Source of the DNA: Myxococcales bacterium
GTDB lineage: Bacteria; Myxococcota_A; UBA9042
NCBI GenBank assembly: GCA_037441385.1
Contig: JBBISH010000004.1
Coordinates: 86,659 to 150,658, forward strand
Length of the DNA stretch: 64,000 nt
Reading direction: 5' to 3'
The position numbers were made by a program, and so were the translations under genes. Within the stretch, counting starts at the first letter, position 1. Every line of letters begins with the position of its first letter. The notes below the pieces were generated by a model. That model ran no database searches and was not told the DNA's origin. It was given only the letters and a program-made list of their open reading frames with translations. Positions 55,177 through 64,000 of this stretch are shown here, in pieces.

Positions 55177-55304
55177 AATCCGCCCGAATCGGATCGAAGA
55201 CTCGCGTATTTCTCCGGGCCCGAACCGGGGTCCCCGCCTGATTCTCGCAGGTTGCAGAACGAATCGCGCAGGCCGTCCAGGCGCGAATCAGGTGGCGTTC
55301 GTAT
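55177..55304 (-). repeat. ~128-bp repeat, copy 7 (inverted)
   Basis: Reverse complement ATACGAACGCCACCTGATTCGCGCC...GCGAGAATCAGGCGGGGACCCCGGTTCGGGCCCGGAG...TCTTCGATCCGATTCGGGCGGA; lies between convergent genes. Confidence 0.95.
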
Positions 55305-55310
55305 TGCGCC

Positions 55311-56306
55311 CTATTGCGCCGCGGCTCGGGTCGAGACGCCGGCGCCCCACCAACTGATGCCCGCCGGGACCACTAAGCCGGGCACCGTGCTGGCCTTTCC
55401 AGAGACCATGTCCAGGCTGTAGACGCCGCCGGCCGACGAGAAGCCGTACAGCGTGCCGCCGGACCAAGCCACGCCCCACAGGTCGCTGACGCCCGTGTCG
55501 CCCACGACTTTCATCACCTTGCCGTCGACCGGCGAGACCTGCACCAGCTTGTCGCTGCCGAACAGGCCCGCCTTGACCGTGGCGTAGGTGCCGATGCCTT
55601 CTACCGAAAATGCGTCGCCAGACGAAGTGTAGCCGCCGTAGCTGCCCAGCTTGCTCACCTTGGCCTGGCCGCCGGCCACTTCGATGAGGTTCCAGTCGCC
55701 CGAGTTGGCCACGCCGATTAGGGCCGGTACGCCGGTCTTGGCGGTGTCTTTGGGTACAAAAGTCAGGCCGTTGAAGCTCTGAGGCAAGGCGGCCAGGTGT
55801 TGGCACTTGGCGGTGGTCTTGTCGCAGCTGAACACGTCGTCAAAGGTGACGGCGAAGAGGTTGCCGTTGTCGTCCAAAGCGATGTCGGTGACCTCGCCCG
55901 AGCTGTTGTCGAAGCTGAACGTGCCGATTTTGGTGAACACGTTCTTGTCGAGCTTGTACAAGACCGAAGACGTGTGGGCAAAGATGGCGCCCAGGCCCTG
56001 CACAGGCGGCGCGGTGTCGTTCGCGGCCGCATCGCCTGGACTTGCGGTGTCTTCGGGATCCAGCAGGTCCCAGTCGATGGAGTCATCCACGGCTTGGGGC
56101 GCGGCGTCGCTGGCCACATCGGCGGCCGCAGCGTCGGCGACTGCGTTCGGCGCGTCGGTCTTGGCATCCGCGTTGCCGCCACCCTGCCCGTCTTGAGCCA
56201 CTGAGCTCGCGGTGTCGGCAGGGAACTGGCCCGAGTTGTTGGGTGTCGCCGAGCAGGCGGCCAGCCAACATAGCGCCACCCCTGCCCATTCGTTGCGCCA
56301 ATTCAT
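55311..56306 (-). CDS. Beta-propeller lipoprotein
   Basis: Lipobox LAAC, Asp/Ala linker; TDIALD, FNGLTF, SSGD, WGVAW and WWGAGVST motifs. Confidence 0.85.
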   Translation of the reverse strand: MNWRNEWAGVALCWLAACSATPNNSGQFPADTASSVAQDGQGGGNADAKTDAPNAVADAAAADVASDAAPQAVDDSIDWDLLDPEDTASPGDAAANDTAPPVQGLGAIFAHTSSVLYKLDKNVFTKIGTFSFDNSSGEVTDIALDDNGNLFAVTFDDVFSCDKTTAKCQHLAALPQSFNGLTFVPKDTAKTGVPALIGVANSGDWNLIEVAGGQAKVSKLGSYGGYTSSGDAFSVEGIGTYATVKAGLFGSDKLVQVSPVDGKVMKVVGDTGVSDLWGVAWSGGTLYGFSSAGGVYSLDMVSGKASTVPGLVVPAGISWWGAGVSTRAAAQ

Positions 56307-56575
56307 GCTGGTGTCCCCTACCAAGCTTCGCAGACCGCGCGAGTGAACGGCAGTCTAGCGGATGCGGTTCCGGCTGTCTTGGCCAAGGATCGGGCGGCCA
56401 AGCGCACAAGATCGGTTCGCATTTTGCGCCGAGCCGGCCAAGGGCGGTTGACGGAAGCGGCGATCCCGATCAGACTCGCGGCAACTGCGAGCGAGTCGCG
56501 GAACGGCACCGACCCGACTGCATGGGGCATCGGACAGGCCGGTCTTTGCGCCGCCGCGCTGCGTTGGGGGGAGCC

Positions 56576-57436
56576 ATGCAGCCATCGCCGCTCTTGTCCG
56601 TCGTCTTGCCGATCGCCCTGGCGATCATCATGCTCGGTCTGGGTTTGTCCTTGACGTGGGCGGACTTTCAACGTGTCGCCCGCTATCCGCGCGCCGTGAC
56701 GGCCGGCCTGCTGGTGCAGGCGATTTTGCTGCCGGGTGCCGCGTTTGGGCTGGCCCACGCCTTTGCCCTGCCGCCCGAGCTGGCAGTGGGTCTGGTCCTA
56801 CTGGCCGCTTCGCCTGGCGGGCCAACAGCCAACCTTTACAGCCACTTGGCGGGCGGCGACGTGGCCCTGAACCTGACCTTGACCGCGATCAACAGCCTGC
56901 TGGCGATCGTGTCGGTGCCGTTGCTGGTCGGTTTGGGGATGTCGCACTTCATGGCCAAGGACCAGCAAATCCCCCTGCAGTTCGGCAAGGTTCTGTCGGT
57001 GCTGCTGGTGGTGCTGCTGCCCGTGGCGATCGGCATGGTCGTGCGCAACAAGAAGCCCGCAGCGGCGGCGCGCATGGACAAACCGGTCAAGATCGCCTCG
57101 GCGGTGTTCTTGGTGCTGGTCATCGCCGGCGCGGCCTTCCAGCAGCGCGAAAGTCTGTCGACATGGTTCGCGCAAGCCGGCTTGGCGACGCTCGCGTTCA
57201 ACTTGATCAGCTTGGGCGTGGGCTATGCCGCGCCGCGGTTGATGCAGCTCGACAACCGCCAGTCTGCGGCGATCGCCTTCGAGATCGGCATCCACAACGG
57301 CACGATGGCCATCGCCGTGGCGGGCACCGTGCTGGGCAACCTGAACCTGGCGATCCCGGCCGCGGTGTACAGCCTGCTGATGTATTTTACGGGTGCGGCG
57401 TTTGCGGCGTGGGTCAAGAAGCAGACCGTGGCCTGA
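56576..57436 (+). CDS. Bile acid:sodium symporter (BASS/SBF) family transporter
   Basis: IMLGLGL, SPGG.TANL, GDVAL and FEIGIHN motifs; GGAG RBS. Confidence 0.93.
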   Translation: MQPSPLLSVVLPIALAIIMLGLGLSLTWADFQRVARYPRAVTAGLLVQAILLPGAAFGLAHAFALPPELAVGLVLLAASPGGPTANLYSHLAGGDVALNLTLTAINSLLAIVSVPLLVGLGMSHFMAKDQQIPLQFGKVLSVLLVVLLPVAIGMVVRNKKPAAAARMDKPVKIASAVFLVLVIAGAAFQQRESLSTWFAQAGLATLAFNLISLGVGYAAPRLMQLDNRQSAAIAFEIGIHNGTMAIAVAGTVLGNLNLAIPAAVYSLLMYFTGAAFAAWVKKQTVA

Positions 57437-57455
57437 GCCCCGGGCACCGAGGCCG

Positions 57456-58364
57456 CTACTTCTTCTCGGAATAGGCCAGCACCAGCGTGGTCTTGCCGTC
57501 GTCGACGCTCAGCATTGCCGTCACGGTGCGCTTGGAGTCGGCCGACGTCGCGATGAGCATACCGCCTTCGCCGGTCTGGACTTTCTGGTTGACGGTCAAG
57601 CCCGCCTTGGTCAACAGACCGGCATACGTCTCGAGCACTTTGGCCACGCCGTCGGCGGTGGTGTAGGGCACGGTACCGCTGGAACCCTCGCCCGTTTCCG
57701 CGACCATGCCGCCGCCTTCCGTGGCGACCGCGCCGGGATAGACCGGTACCCAGCTCGGCAGCGCGATGCCGCCGACTTTGGCCGTGCCCTCTGGGCCTTT
57801 GTAGATGGCCTGGCCTTGAGCCGGCTCGCCGCCTTCGACCTTGACCTGCTCGCCGCCCGCGTTGACTTGGACCGCGCCGCCGGGCGTGCCTTGGGCGTTG
57901 ACTTGCGCCTTGCCGTCGGCTCCCGTGACCACCAAGCTACCGCCGCCGGGGCCGCCGCGCGCGACCATGACCTCGCCGTTCTTGCCGTGGACGACCATCT
58001 CGCCTTGGCCGCCGGGGCCGCCATTCATCTCGACCTTGGCGCCGTCGGCCTCGATGACCAACTTGCCGTCTTTGACCGAACTCATGGTCAAGGTGGTGGT
58101 CTTGCCGGTGCGCTTGTCCAGGACCGCGATGGTGCCAGCCTTGGCGTCGGACGAGACGGTCTCCAAATCCGGATTGGCCGCCACCGCGAGCCGCAGCGTG
58201 GCGTAGCCTGGATTCTCGGCAAATTCCTTGGCCTTCTTGGCGGCGTACCACGTGAAGATGGCCCCCGCGATCATGCCGAGCAGGAGCAGGGCGCCGCAGC
58301 CAACCGCGACGATCTTCAAGGTGTTGTTGCTATTGCTGGTCGGCGTAGTCTGCGGCGCGTCCAT
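57456..58364 (-). CDS. Single-TM membrane-anchored hypothetical protein with Gly-rich beta repeats
   Basis: GGAG RBS, N-terminal TM, repeated V.V.G.DG units, LPSWVPVYPGA domain. Confidence 0.8.
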   Translation of the reverse strand: MDAPQTTPTSNSNNTLKIVAVGCGALLLLGMIAGAIFTWYAAKKAKEFAENPGYATLRLAVAANPDLETVSSDAKAGTIAVLDKRTGKTTTLTMSSVKDGKLVIEADGAKVEMNGGPGGQGEMVVHGKNGEVMVARGGPGGGSLVVTGADGKAQVNAQGTPGGAVQVNAGGEQVKVEGGEPAQGQAIYKGPEGTAKVGGIALPSWVPVYPGAVATEGGGMVAETGEGSSGTVPYTTADGVAKVLETYAGLLTKAGLTVNQKVQTGEGGMLIATSADSKRTVTAMLSVDDGKTTLVLAYSEKK

Positions 58365-58514
58365 GGGCTTTCTCCAGAATGGTTCCGGGGGAGTCTAGCG
58401 CGAAATGTGGTGGGCGACTACGGGGCAGCGAGGGGCAACCCACTGTCCGATCGTCTGGATGGGCTGGGGGATTGGGCGGCTGGATTGCAAGGTTGCCGTG
58501 TCTGCCTGGCACTG

Positions 58515-61500
58515 TCACTGCGTCCCCCACACCACGCGGATCATGCGGTGCACTGTCCACAAATTGGCGCTACAGGCATAGGTGTTCGTCCACGGCGCGG
58601 TCCCGTCCGAGCTCGCCTGCAACCGAACCGCGGCGCCAGGGCTCACGAACACCGGCGCCGGCAGGGCAAGATCCAGTTCGAAGCCGCTATCTTCTGGGCC
58701 AGCCCCAACGGTCACGGCGTGCCAGCCTCCGCTCGACGCCGAATCGTTGACCCGCGGCCGGAGGTAGATGGGCGTCGCACTATCTACCGGTGAGTACAGA
58801 ATCAAGCGGATCGATGCGAGCAAGCGCCCGCCGCCGTCCGGCACAGTCAGATTGCCGAGTGGGGCCGCCGTTGCGAGCGGGCCGCGCAACTCGATCAGAT
58901 TCGTTTGCGTAAAGTTCACCACGGTGGCGCTGCCATCACTCCATGCATAGCGAACCGCCACGACGGGCAAGCGAAGCTGGCTGGGCGCCACGCTCATCGC
59001 GGGTGTGGGCCAATCCGCCGCGCAGAACAAGGTGTTGCTGTTGGGGGTGGGGAGCAAGTGGCCGCCTGGGCAGCCATCTTTGTCGCCATACTGCTGGTCT
59101 GCGGCTGGCCCGCTGTCGCAACTGGCGCCCGGCCCGCTCGCGGCTTGGCAGTTGATCCCGGGGAAGGTACAGGCATTGCGGACCGGGATGGTGGCCGGGT
59201 AGGTCAGCTCGCCGCCGATGCAGCTGTACACGCCGGCAAGGGGCGGTGTACTGGGCTGGTTGTCGACCATGGCCACCACGACTTGGCCGGCGCTGACCGG
59301 GGTCCCTTGCTGGCCAAAGTCCAGCACAAGATCGCGGCCGTTGTCGCCGGCCTGCGAGCGCAGTTGCACGGTCCGCCGGGCGCCGATCCCGTTGGCTGGC
59401 CAGGCCATGGTGGTGCCGCCGTCTACGCCGCGCAGCACCAACGAGCGGAGCAGGTACGAGCCCGGCCCCGGCGTGACCAGGCCCACGTTGCCAACATCCA
59501 CGCCGCTGCCAAGCAAGTGGACCAGGTTGGCGGTGGCCGGGTTGAACGGCTGGCTCACGGGCATCAACGAGCCATCGCCAAGCACAAAAACCGCATCCAG
59601 GCCCATCACTTGCATGGTCAGGTCGTTGTCGGTCAGCGGCGTTTGCGGCATCAGCACGTCCTCGCTGCAGGTGCCCTCGCCGCGGCAGTCGGTGTGGCCC
59701 TGCGCACAGCCGTCGGCGTCGCCGGTGTCGCACAGGTCGCTGCCGACCTCGTCGGTTTGGCCGTCGCAGTCGTTGTCTTGCCCGTCGCACACTTCCAGGC
59801 CGGCCAGGCACAGGTCTGCGTCATCCGAGGCTTCGCGCACCAGCCACGCGCCCAGCACGCCGGCCTGCCCCTGAAGGACGGGCCCAGTAGCCGACGAGGC
59901 GGCCCACGGCGCGGACCGCACTTCCAGGCGGTTGGTGCCACTGTGAAGGGCGCCCGTGACAAGGCGAATCCGGTACTTGCCCTCGGGCGCCTGATTGCCG
60001 TAGCTGTCGAAGCGCCTACCTGCCTGAACTGCCTGCCACGGCCCGTCGTTGAAGCGGACTTGCGTTGCCCGGGCGCGGTCTTGCAGGCGGAGCGCCAACC
60101 ACGTCGCTTGCTCCACGGCCAGTTCGCTGCGCACATCAAAGTCGAATTCGCCTTTATTCGGACCCAGATCCGTTTGCGCGGCCACGCCCGTTTCGACCGG
60201 CGCGCGCAAAACCGTGACATTCAGCGCCGTGGGCTCGCATCCGCTGGCCTCGCCGCACGATACCGCAAGCTGGTTCGTGCCAAACACCAGCGCGTCGGTC
60301 GCGCCCCAGCGCACACTGCCGTCGGGGTTGCTGGCGGCGACGATAGGCTGACCGTTGAGGATGAATTGCGCTTGGCTGGTGCCCCCTTGCAAGTCGAGGC
60401 GGAGGCGGGCGGCGCCGTAGTGAACTGGGTCCGTGTCGTTGCCAGCAAACACAAACGAAAACGCAGGGGTGTCTTGGCGCTGAGCGAGCACCGGTTCGTA
60501 AGCCACGTCAGACGTCCACTCCATGTCCGTTTCCGTGCCGGCCATCAGACCCAGCAGCGCGGCATAGTCGGTGCGCAAGGGCTTGAGCGGCATCCGCCAC
60601 CAGTGCCAAACGTAAGGCCGCATTCCGGCGGGCATCGGCAACCAGGCCGGCGCGTTGGTTGCGGCCATGCAGCCGTCGTCCGTGCACATCGCACCAACCG
60701 AGAGTCGGCGGAGCTCGGTAGCTTCGGGTACAGCATGGTCGGGCTCGCCGGGCAACACGTGGTTGACCCACTTGAAATCCCAATTGGATGGCAATGGCAG
60801 GGCCAGAGCCTCGGGACGGCTGCGCCAGTAGGTGCCCTGGCCAAAGATCGAACTGACGGCAAGCCCGTTCGACGGCGCATCGCCCACGGCGACGGTCGTG
60901 ATCTGGGCGAGGGCGCGCATGGCGCCGGTGGCAGTGCCGTCGGGCTGCACGCCGGAGACAAGATTGCAGGGCGGTGCTGCGCCGGGCGTCGCTGTGCGGT
61001 TGATTGTGCAAGCGGGAGTACCGGGGAGGACTACGTCGTACGCCGGTCCATACTGGGAGAACATTTTAGAAAGGGTCGGCCAGGTCGACTCAGCAGTTCC
61101 ACTGGCCAAGTCGACGCTGTAGATCCCAGCTTGCGGGGCCGGCAAGTTTGCGTCGGCCCGCATGTAGTTGGCCTTTGTACTGTTTCCGCCGTACGACCTG
61201 GGTGTGGCATTGAACACAGCTAGGACAGGGGTCTGCCATTTCCCTTGCCCCGTCTGCGCATAACTACCGATATCCACGATGCCATCGCCGCGCACGGCCA
61301 TGTGGCAAGCCCCGGCGGCAGCGCCCACCGGGCAGCTCCACAGGCCGGCGGTCGCCGACCCGGCTGTAGTGGTATTGGTCGCCCCAATGCCGCTGGCCGC
61401 CCAGTCCGCCACCAGGAGCCGGCCGGCACCGCTGGCGGCGCCCGGCAACCATTCCAGCGCGTGGGGGTTTTGAAAGGCGCGGTCCAGCACCAGCGATCCA

Positions 61501-64000
61501 CTCCAGCCGTGGTACGCTGGGTCTGCTGGGTTGCGGATCATCTTGTAGATCCCAGGCTTCTGTTCGCGGCAGGCCCCGCGAACAGCAGTCGACTCTTCTT
61601 TGGTGTCCGCCACGGCTACATACAAGGTATCATGGACAATTTCAAAGTCGGTGACGCACTGACCGCCTGCTACTAGACTCCCATCGTGGTCGAAGGGGAT
61701 CAGTTTGGCCCGGTTGCCAGCTGCAGCAGTCTTGCCGGCCGTGACCAAGTCTTGCGTTGGAACGGGGCCCGTTGCGTTCGGCACCTCGGCCACCAGCATG
61801 CCCACACCCGGCACGGAAGAGAGCACGACCTTGTCGCCGTCGGCCTTGACCCGCATGAGCAGGGGCGGAGTCGAACTCACGTCGGTCGGTTCCAGGTGAA
61901 GATTTGGGAATGTCATTGTATTCTGATGCCTCTGTCGACGACGTTTTGAGCCGCATTCTCCGGGCATCACGGCAACCTTCTTGGCCTTGTCCATCAGGGC
62001 GGGGTCCGTGGGCAGGATGAGCGGGGCTTCCCACTGGACCGGCTCGGACATCGGGTTGGCAAACGGCCCGGTCGGCGTGGTCAGCTTGACCAAGTGCAGC
62101 CAGTCCTTGTCGTTCCATTTGTCGTCTTGGTCGGCGACCGGGACGAAGGCAGCCTCGGCGCTCGCATCCTGGATCGCCGCCGCTACCTTCTGGTCGTAGG
62201 AAGCACCCGGCTCCAGTACCGGGCAGAAATGTTTGTAGCGAGCCTTGACCTGTGCAGTTTTGTCCGGGTAGTGCGCTTTCAGGGCCCAGACAGTGGACGC
62301 TCCCCCTGCGGTGGTGGCGACGCTCACCGCGTGCCATCGATGCCCGTTTCGATCCAGGCGATACGCTGCCAACCCGTTGCTGACAGCGTTCCCGCTGGTG
62401 GTGATTTGCGCTTCGCCTGTGTTGGCGTCCGATGCGGCGACCACGACCACCGGGCCATCGCCGGCCTTTGCGGCGGGCAAGATGGCTGAGGCGTAGTCGT
62501 TGCCGCCTGAATGGCCGGGGTTGCGGGAATAGGGCGTGTACAGGCCCGTGCCGCCAGGGGCACACAGCGTGTCACCAACTGGGATGGAGTTGAGTAGGCG
62601 CCAGCGCATGCAGCACGCCTGCGGCGCGCCGCCGAAGTCGGGAGCGGTCGGCCCGTTGCACGGGACGCAGGATTCGGTCGTAACATAGGCGGCACTATTG
62701 CTAGGATGGGCCGCATCATAGGCGACTGCTCCGAAGCTTGAGTGTGCCACGTTGCTGGGATTTACCTTGATGTCTACTTGCGCCGCCACTGCGCTTTCGT
62801 CGCTCGGCGCTATTGCCAAGCATTCTGGCCAGTTGACAACTGCGGCGCCATGCCACAGCCCGGACCACGGGTTGTTGCCGAATTTCAGGATTGCGGCATA
62901 GCTGCAGATAACTTTGCTCGGTGCGCCGGATGTCGCCTCGAGAGAGGTGCATGGATTTGGCTTGTCGACGTCCGGATTGCCGGCTGGACACTGAACGTGT
63001 GCTTCTGGTTTACTTGGCGCTGCATCAGTGAGTGGTGTGTATGCCACTGGAGAGGAACTGCACAGTGCCTTGGCGTTTGCGGGGTCACCACAGTACCAGC
63101 GGATCTGGTTGCCCTGGTCAAAGCAGTGCAGGCCATCGGCAAAACTGGTCAAGGTGGGCCGAATGAACTCGCACAGATTTCTTGGCATCTTGCCCGGGTC
63201 ACAGGTTTCCAAGAGCGGAGAGCCGCTACCGCCGGCATTGAGGAGAGTGCAGCGCTTCTCGCATTCGGCCTTCTTGCTCACGGCGTCTGCACCTTGGTCG
63301 CAGGCAGTGCAGTTTGCCACCGGCCCCTCCCCCAGGTCGGCCACGTCGCCCGGCCTGGCCAACTCCGCCACCCAAGCATTGTCGGCGCCCGAGTCCACGG
63401 CAAACTTGGCGCTCTCGGACACCATGACCTTGTAGGGATTGCTTGGCGCAACGGAAAGGTCAGGCACTCGCATTTGGTTGAAGCCGCCAAGCTGATTTCC
63501 GGCAATAAACCTAGCGATTTTCATAGGGAATACGCCAGATCCCTGGAGCGTGATCCGCCACGTGAACCCACCATCCACCGACCGCCACAGATTGACCAGC
63601 GACTTCTCTGACGTCTGGGGAGGCAGCACCGCGTCAAAGGGCGCCGAGGTCGACCAAGCGTAGATGATCCGCGGGTCCGACGGGGCCACGGCGACCGCCG
63701 GATAGTTGACACGGAAGTCCGGCAACATCGGAAAATACTTCACCAACTTGGGCTCTTCCTTGCCAAACGCGGTGCGGGGCAAGAAGCAGGCGTCGGGCCA
63801 GTCTGACCCCAAGCTTGGCGCCCCGATCGGGCACGGGCCGCTGCTAACCAGGTGGATGTTGCGGGTGTCATAGAACGTCAGCGCACCAGCCCGCTCGACC
63901 ATGCCAGTACACGAATCGGTCCGGCGCGCCACAAACACGCTCGAGATGTACTCGGGCTTCGCGGTGGTGCCTTGGTTCCACGTCACCGGCACGGCGGCGG
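58515..64000 (-). CDS. Giant (>1825 aa) extracellular mosaic protein, 5'-truncated by the window edge
   Basis: Frame is open to position 64000. Contains an Asp-box LWRSVDGGFTW, Cys-rich inserts, two jelly-roll-like units (GTNQLAV, GTNRLEV), a MopE motif EVCDGQDNDCDGQTDE and two related C-terminal beta domains. Confidence 0.85.
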   Translation of the reverse strand, partial: AAVPVTWNQGTTAKPEYISSVFVARRTDSCTGMVERAGALTFYDTRNIHLVSSGPCPIGAPSLGSDWPDACFLPRTAFGKEEPKLVKYFPMLPDFRVNYPAVAVAPSDPRIIYAWSTSAPFDAVLPPQTSEKSLVNLWRSVDGGFTWRITLQGSGVFPMKIARFIAGNQLGGFNQMRVPDLSVAPSNPYKVMVSESAKFAVDSGADNAWVAELARPGDVADLGEGPVANCTACDQGADAVSKKAECEKRCTLLNAGGSGSPLLETCDPGKMPRNLCEFIRPTLTSFADGLHCFDQGNQIRWYCGDPANAKALCSSSPVAYTPLTDAAPSKPEAHVQCPAGNPDVDKPNPCTSLEATSGAPSKVICSYAAILKFGNNPWSGLWHGAAVVNWPECLAIAPSDESAVAAQVDIKVNPSNVAHSSFGAVAYDAAHPSNSAAYVTTESCVPCNGPTAPDFGGAPQACCMRWRLLNSIPVGDTLCAPGGTGLYTPYSRNPGHSGGNDYASAILPAAKAGDGPVVVVAASDANTGEAQITTSGNAVSNGLAAYRLDRNGHRWHAVSVATTAGGASTVWALKAHYPDKTAQVKARYKHFCPVLEPGASYDQKVAAAIQDASAEAAFVPVADQDDKWNDKDWLHLVKLTTPTGPFANPMSEPVQWEAPLILPTDPALMDKAKKVAVMPGECGSKRRRQRHQNTMTFPNLHLEPTDVSSTPPLLMRVKADGDKVVLSSVPGVGMLVAEVPNATGPVPTQDLVTAGKTAAAGNRAKLIPFDHDGSLVAGGQCVTDFEIVHDTLYVAVADTKEESTAVRGACREQKPGIYKMIRNPADPAYHGWSGSLVLDRAFQNPHALEWLPGAASGAGRLLVADWAASGIGATNTTTAGSATAGLWSCPVGAAAGACHMAVRGDGIVDIGSYAQTGQGKWQTPVLAVFNATPRSYGGNSTKANYMRADANLPAPQAGIYSVDLASGTAESTWPTLSKMFSQYGPAYDVVLPGTPACTINRTATPGAAPPCNLVSGVQPDGTATGAMRALAQITTVAVGDAPSNGLAVSSIFGQGTYWRSRPEALALPLPSNWDFKWVNHVLPGEPDHAVPEATELRRLSVGAMCTDDGCMAATNAPAWLPMPAGMRPYVWHWWRMPLKPLRTDYAALLGLMAGTETDMEWTSDVAYEPVLAQRQDTPAFSFVFAGNDTDPVHYGAARLRLDLQGGTSQAQFILNGQPIVAASNPDGSVRWGATDALVFGTNQLAVSCGEASGCEPTALNVTVLRAPVETGVAAQTDLGPNKGEFDFDVRSELAVEQATWLALRLQDRARATQVRFNDGPWQAVQAGRRFDSYGNQAPEGKYRIRLVTGALHSGTNRLEVRSAPWAASSATGPVLQGQAGVLGAWLVREASDDADLCLAGLEVCDGQDNDCDGQTDEVGSDLCDTGDADGCAQGHTDCRGEGTCSEDVLMPQTPLTDNDLTMQVMGLDAVFVLGDGSLMPVSQPFNPATANLVHLLGSGVDVGNVGLVTPGPGSYLLRSLVLRGVDGGTTMAWPANGIGARRTVQLRSQAGDNGRDLVLDFGQQGTPVSAGQVVVAMVDNQPSTPPLAGVYSCIGGELTYPATIPVRNACTFPGINCQAASGPGASCDSGPAADQQYGDKDGCPGGHLLPTPNSNTLFCAADWPTPAMSVAPSQLRLPVVAVRYAWSDGSATVVNFTQTNLIELRGPLATAAPLGNLTVPDGGGRLLASIRLILYSPVDSATPIYLRPRVNDSASSGGWHAVTVGAGPEDSGFELDLALPAPVFVSPGAAVRLQASSDGTAPWTNTYACSANLWTVHRMIRVVWGTQ

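Noticed and set aside
1..64000. tRNA, rRNA, integrase, transposase, reverse transcriptase or prophage genes
   Set aside because: No recognisable motifs found by eye; tRNAscan/Infernal would be needed to exclude small RNAs.

Overview
High-GC, gene-dense bacterial window, most consistent with a Myxococcota/deltaproteobacterial genome (inference from Cys-rich lipoproteins, MopE-type repeats, a MYXO-CTERM-like protein and a CglF/GltF-like protein). I found no rRNA, tRNA, CRISPR array, integrase or transposase. About 37 CDS can be supported, two of them truncated by the window edges. Main points: (1) A tightly coupled 12-kb, five-gene yehI/L/M/P/Q-type operon (DUF4132, 1658-aa protein, MoxR AAA+, DUF5682-vWA fusion with TIKI/TraB-like motifs, SWIM finger). 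It is divergent from a nuclease-less DUF1016_N-like gene across a spacer carrying four TGGGGG(G)CAWTTT boxes. (2) A split NfrB/NfrA (phage N4 glycan receptor-like) exopolysaccharide locus with a DUF2334 deacetylase, wecB, a GH113-like protein and pgm. (3) A ~128-bp two-hairpin intergenic repeat present 7 times, mostly starting at stop codons. (4) A 14-bp VNTR in the enhancer position of a sigma54 promoter that precedes a 66-aa ORF. (5) A GltF-like / beta-propeller / beta-barrel / MYXO-CTERM surface cluster and several large Cys-rich surface proteins. All family calls come from motif recognition by eye; no searches were run.
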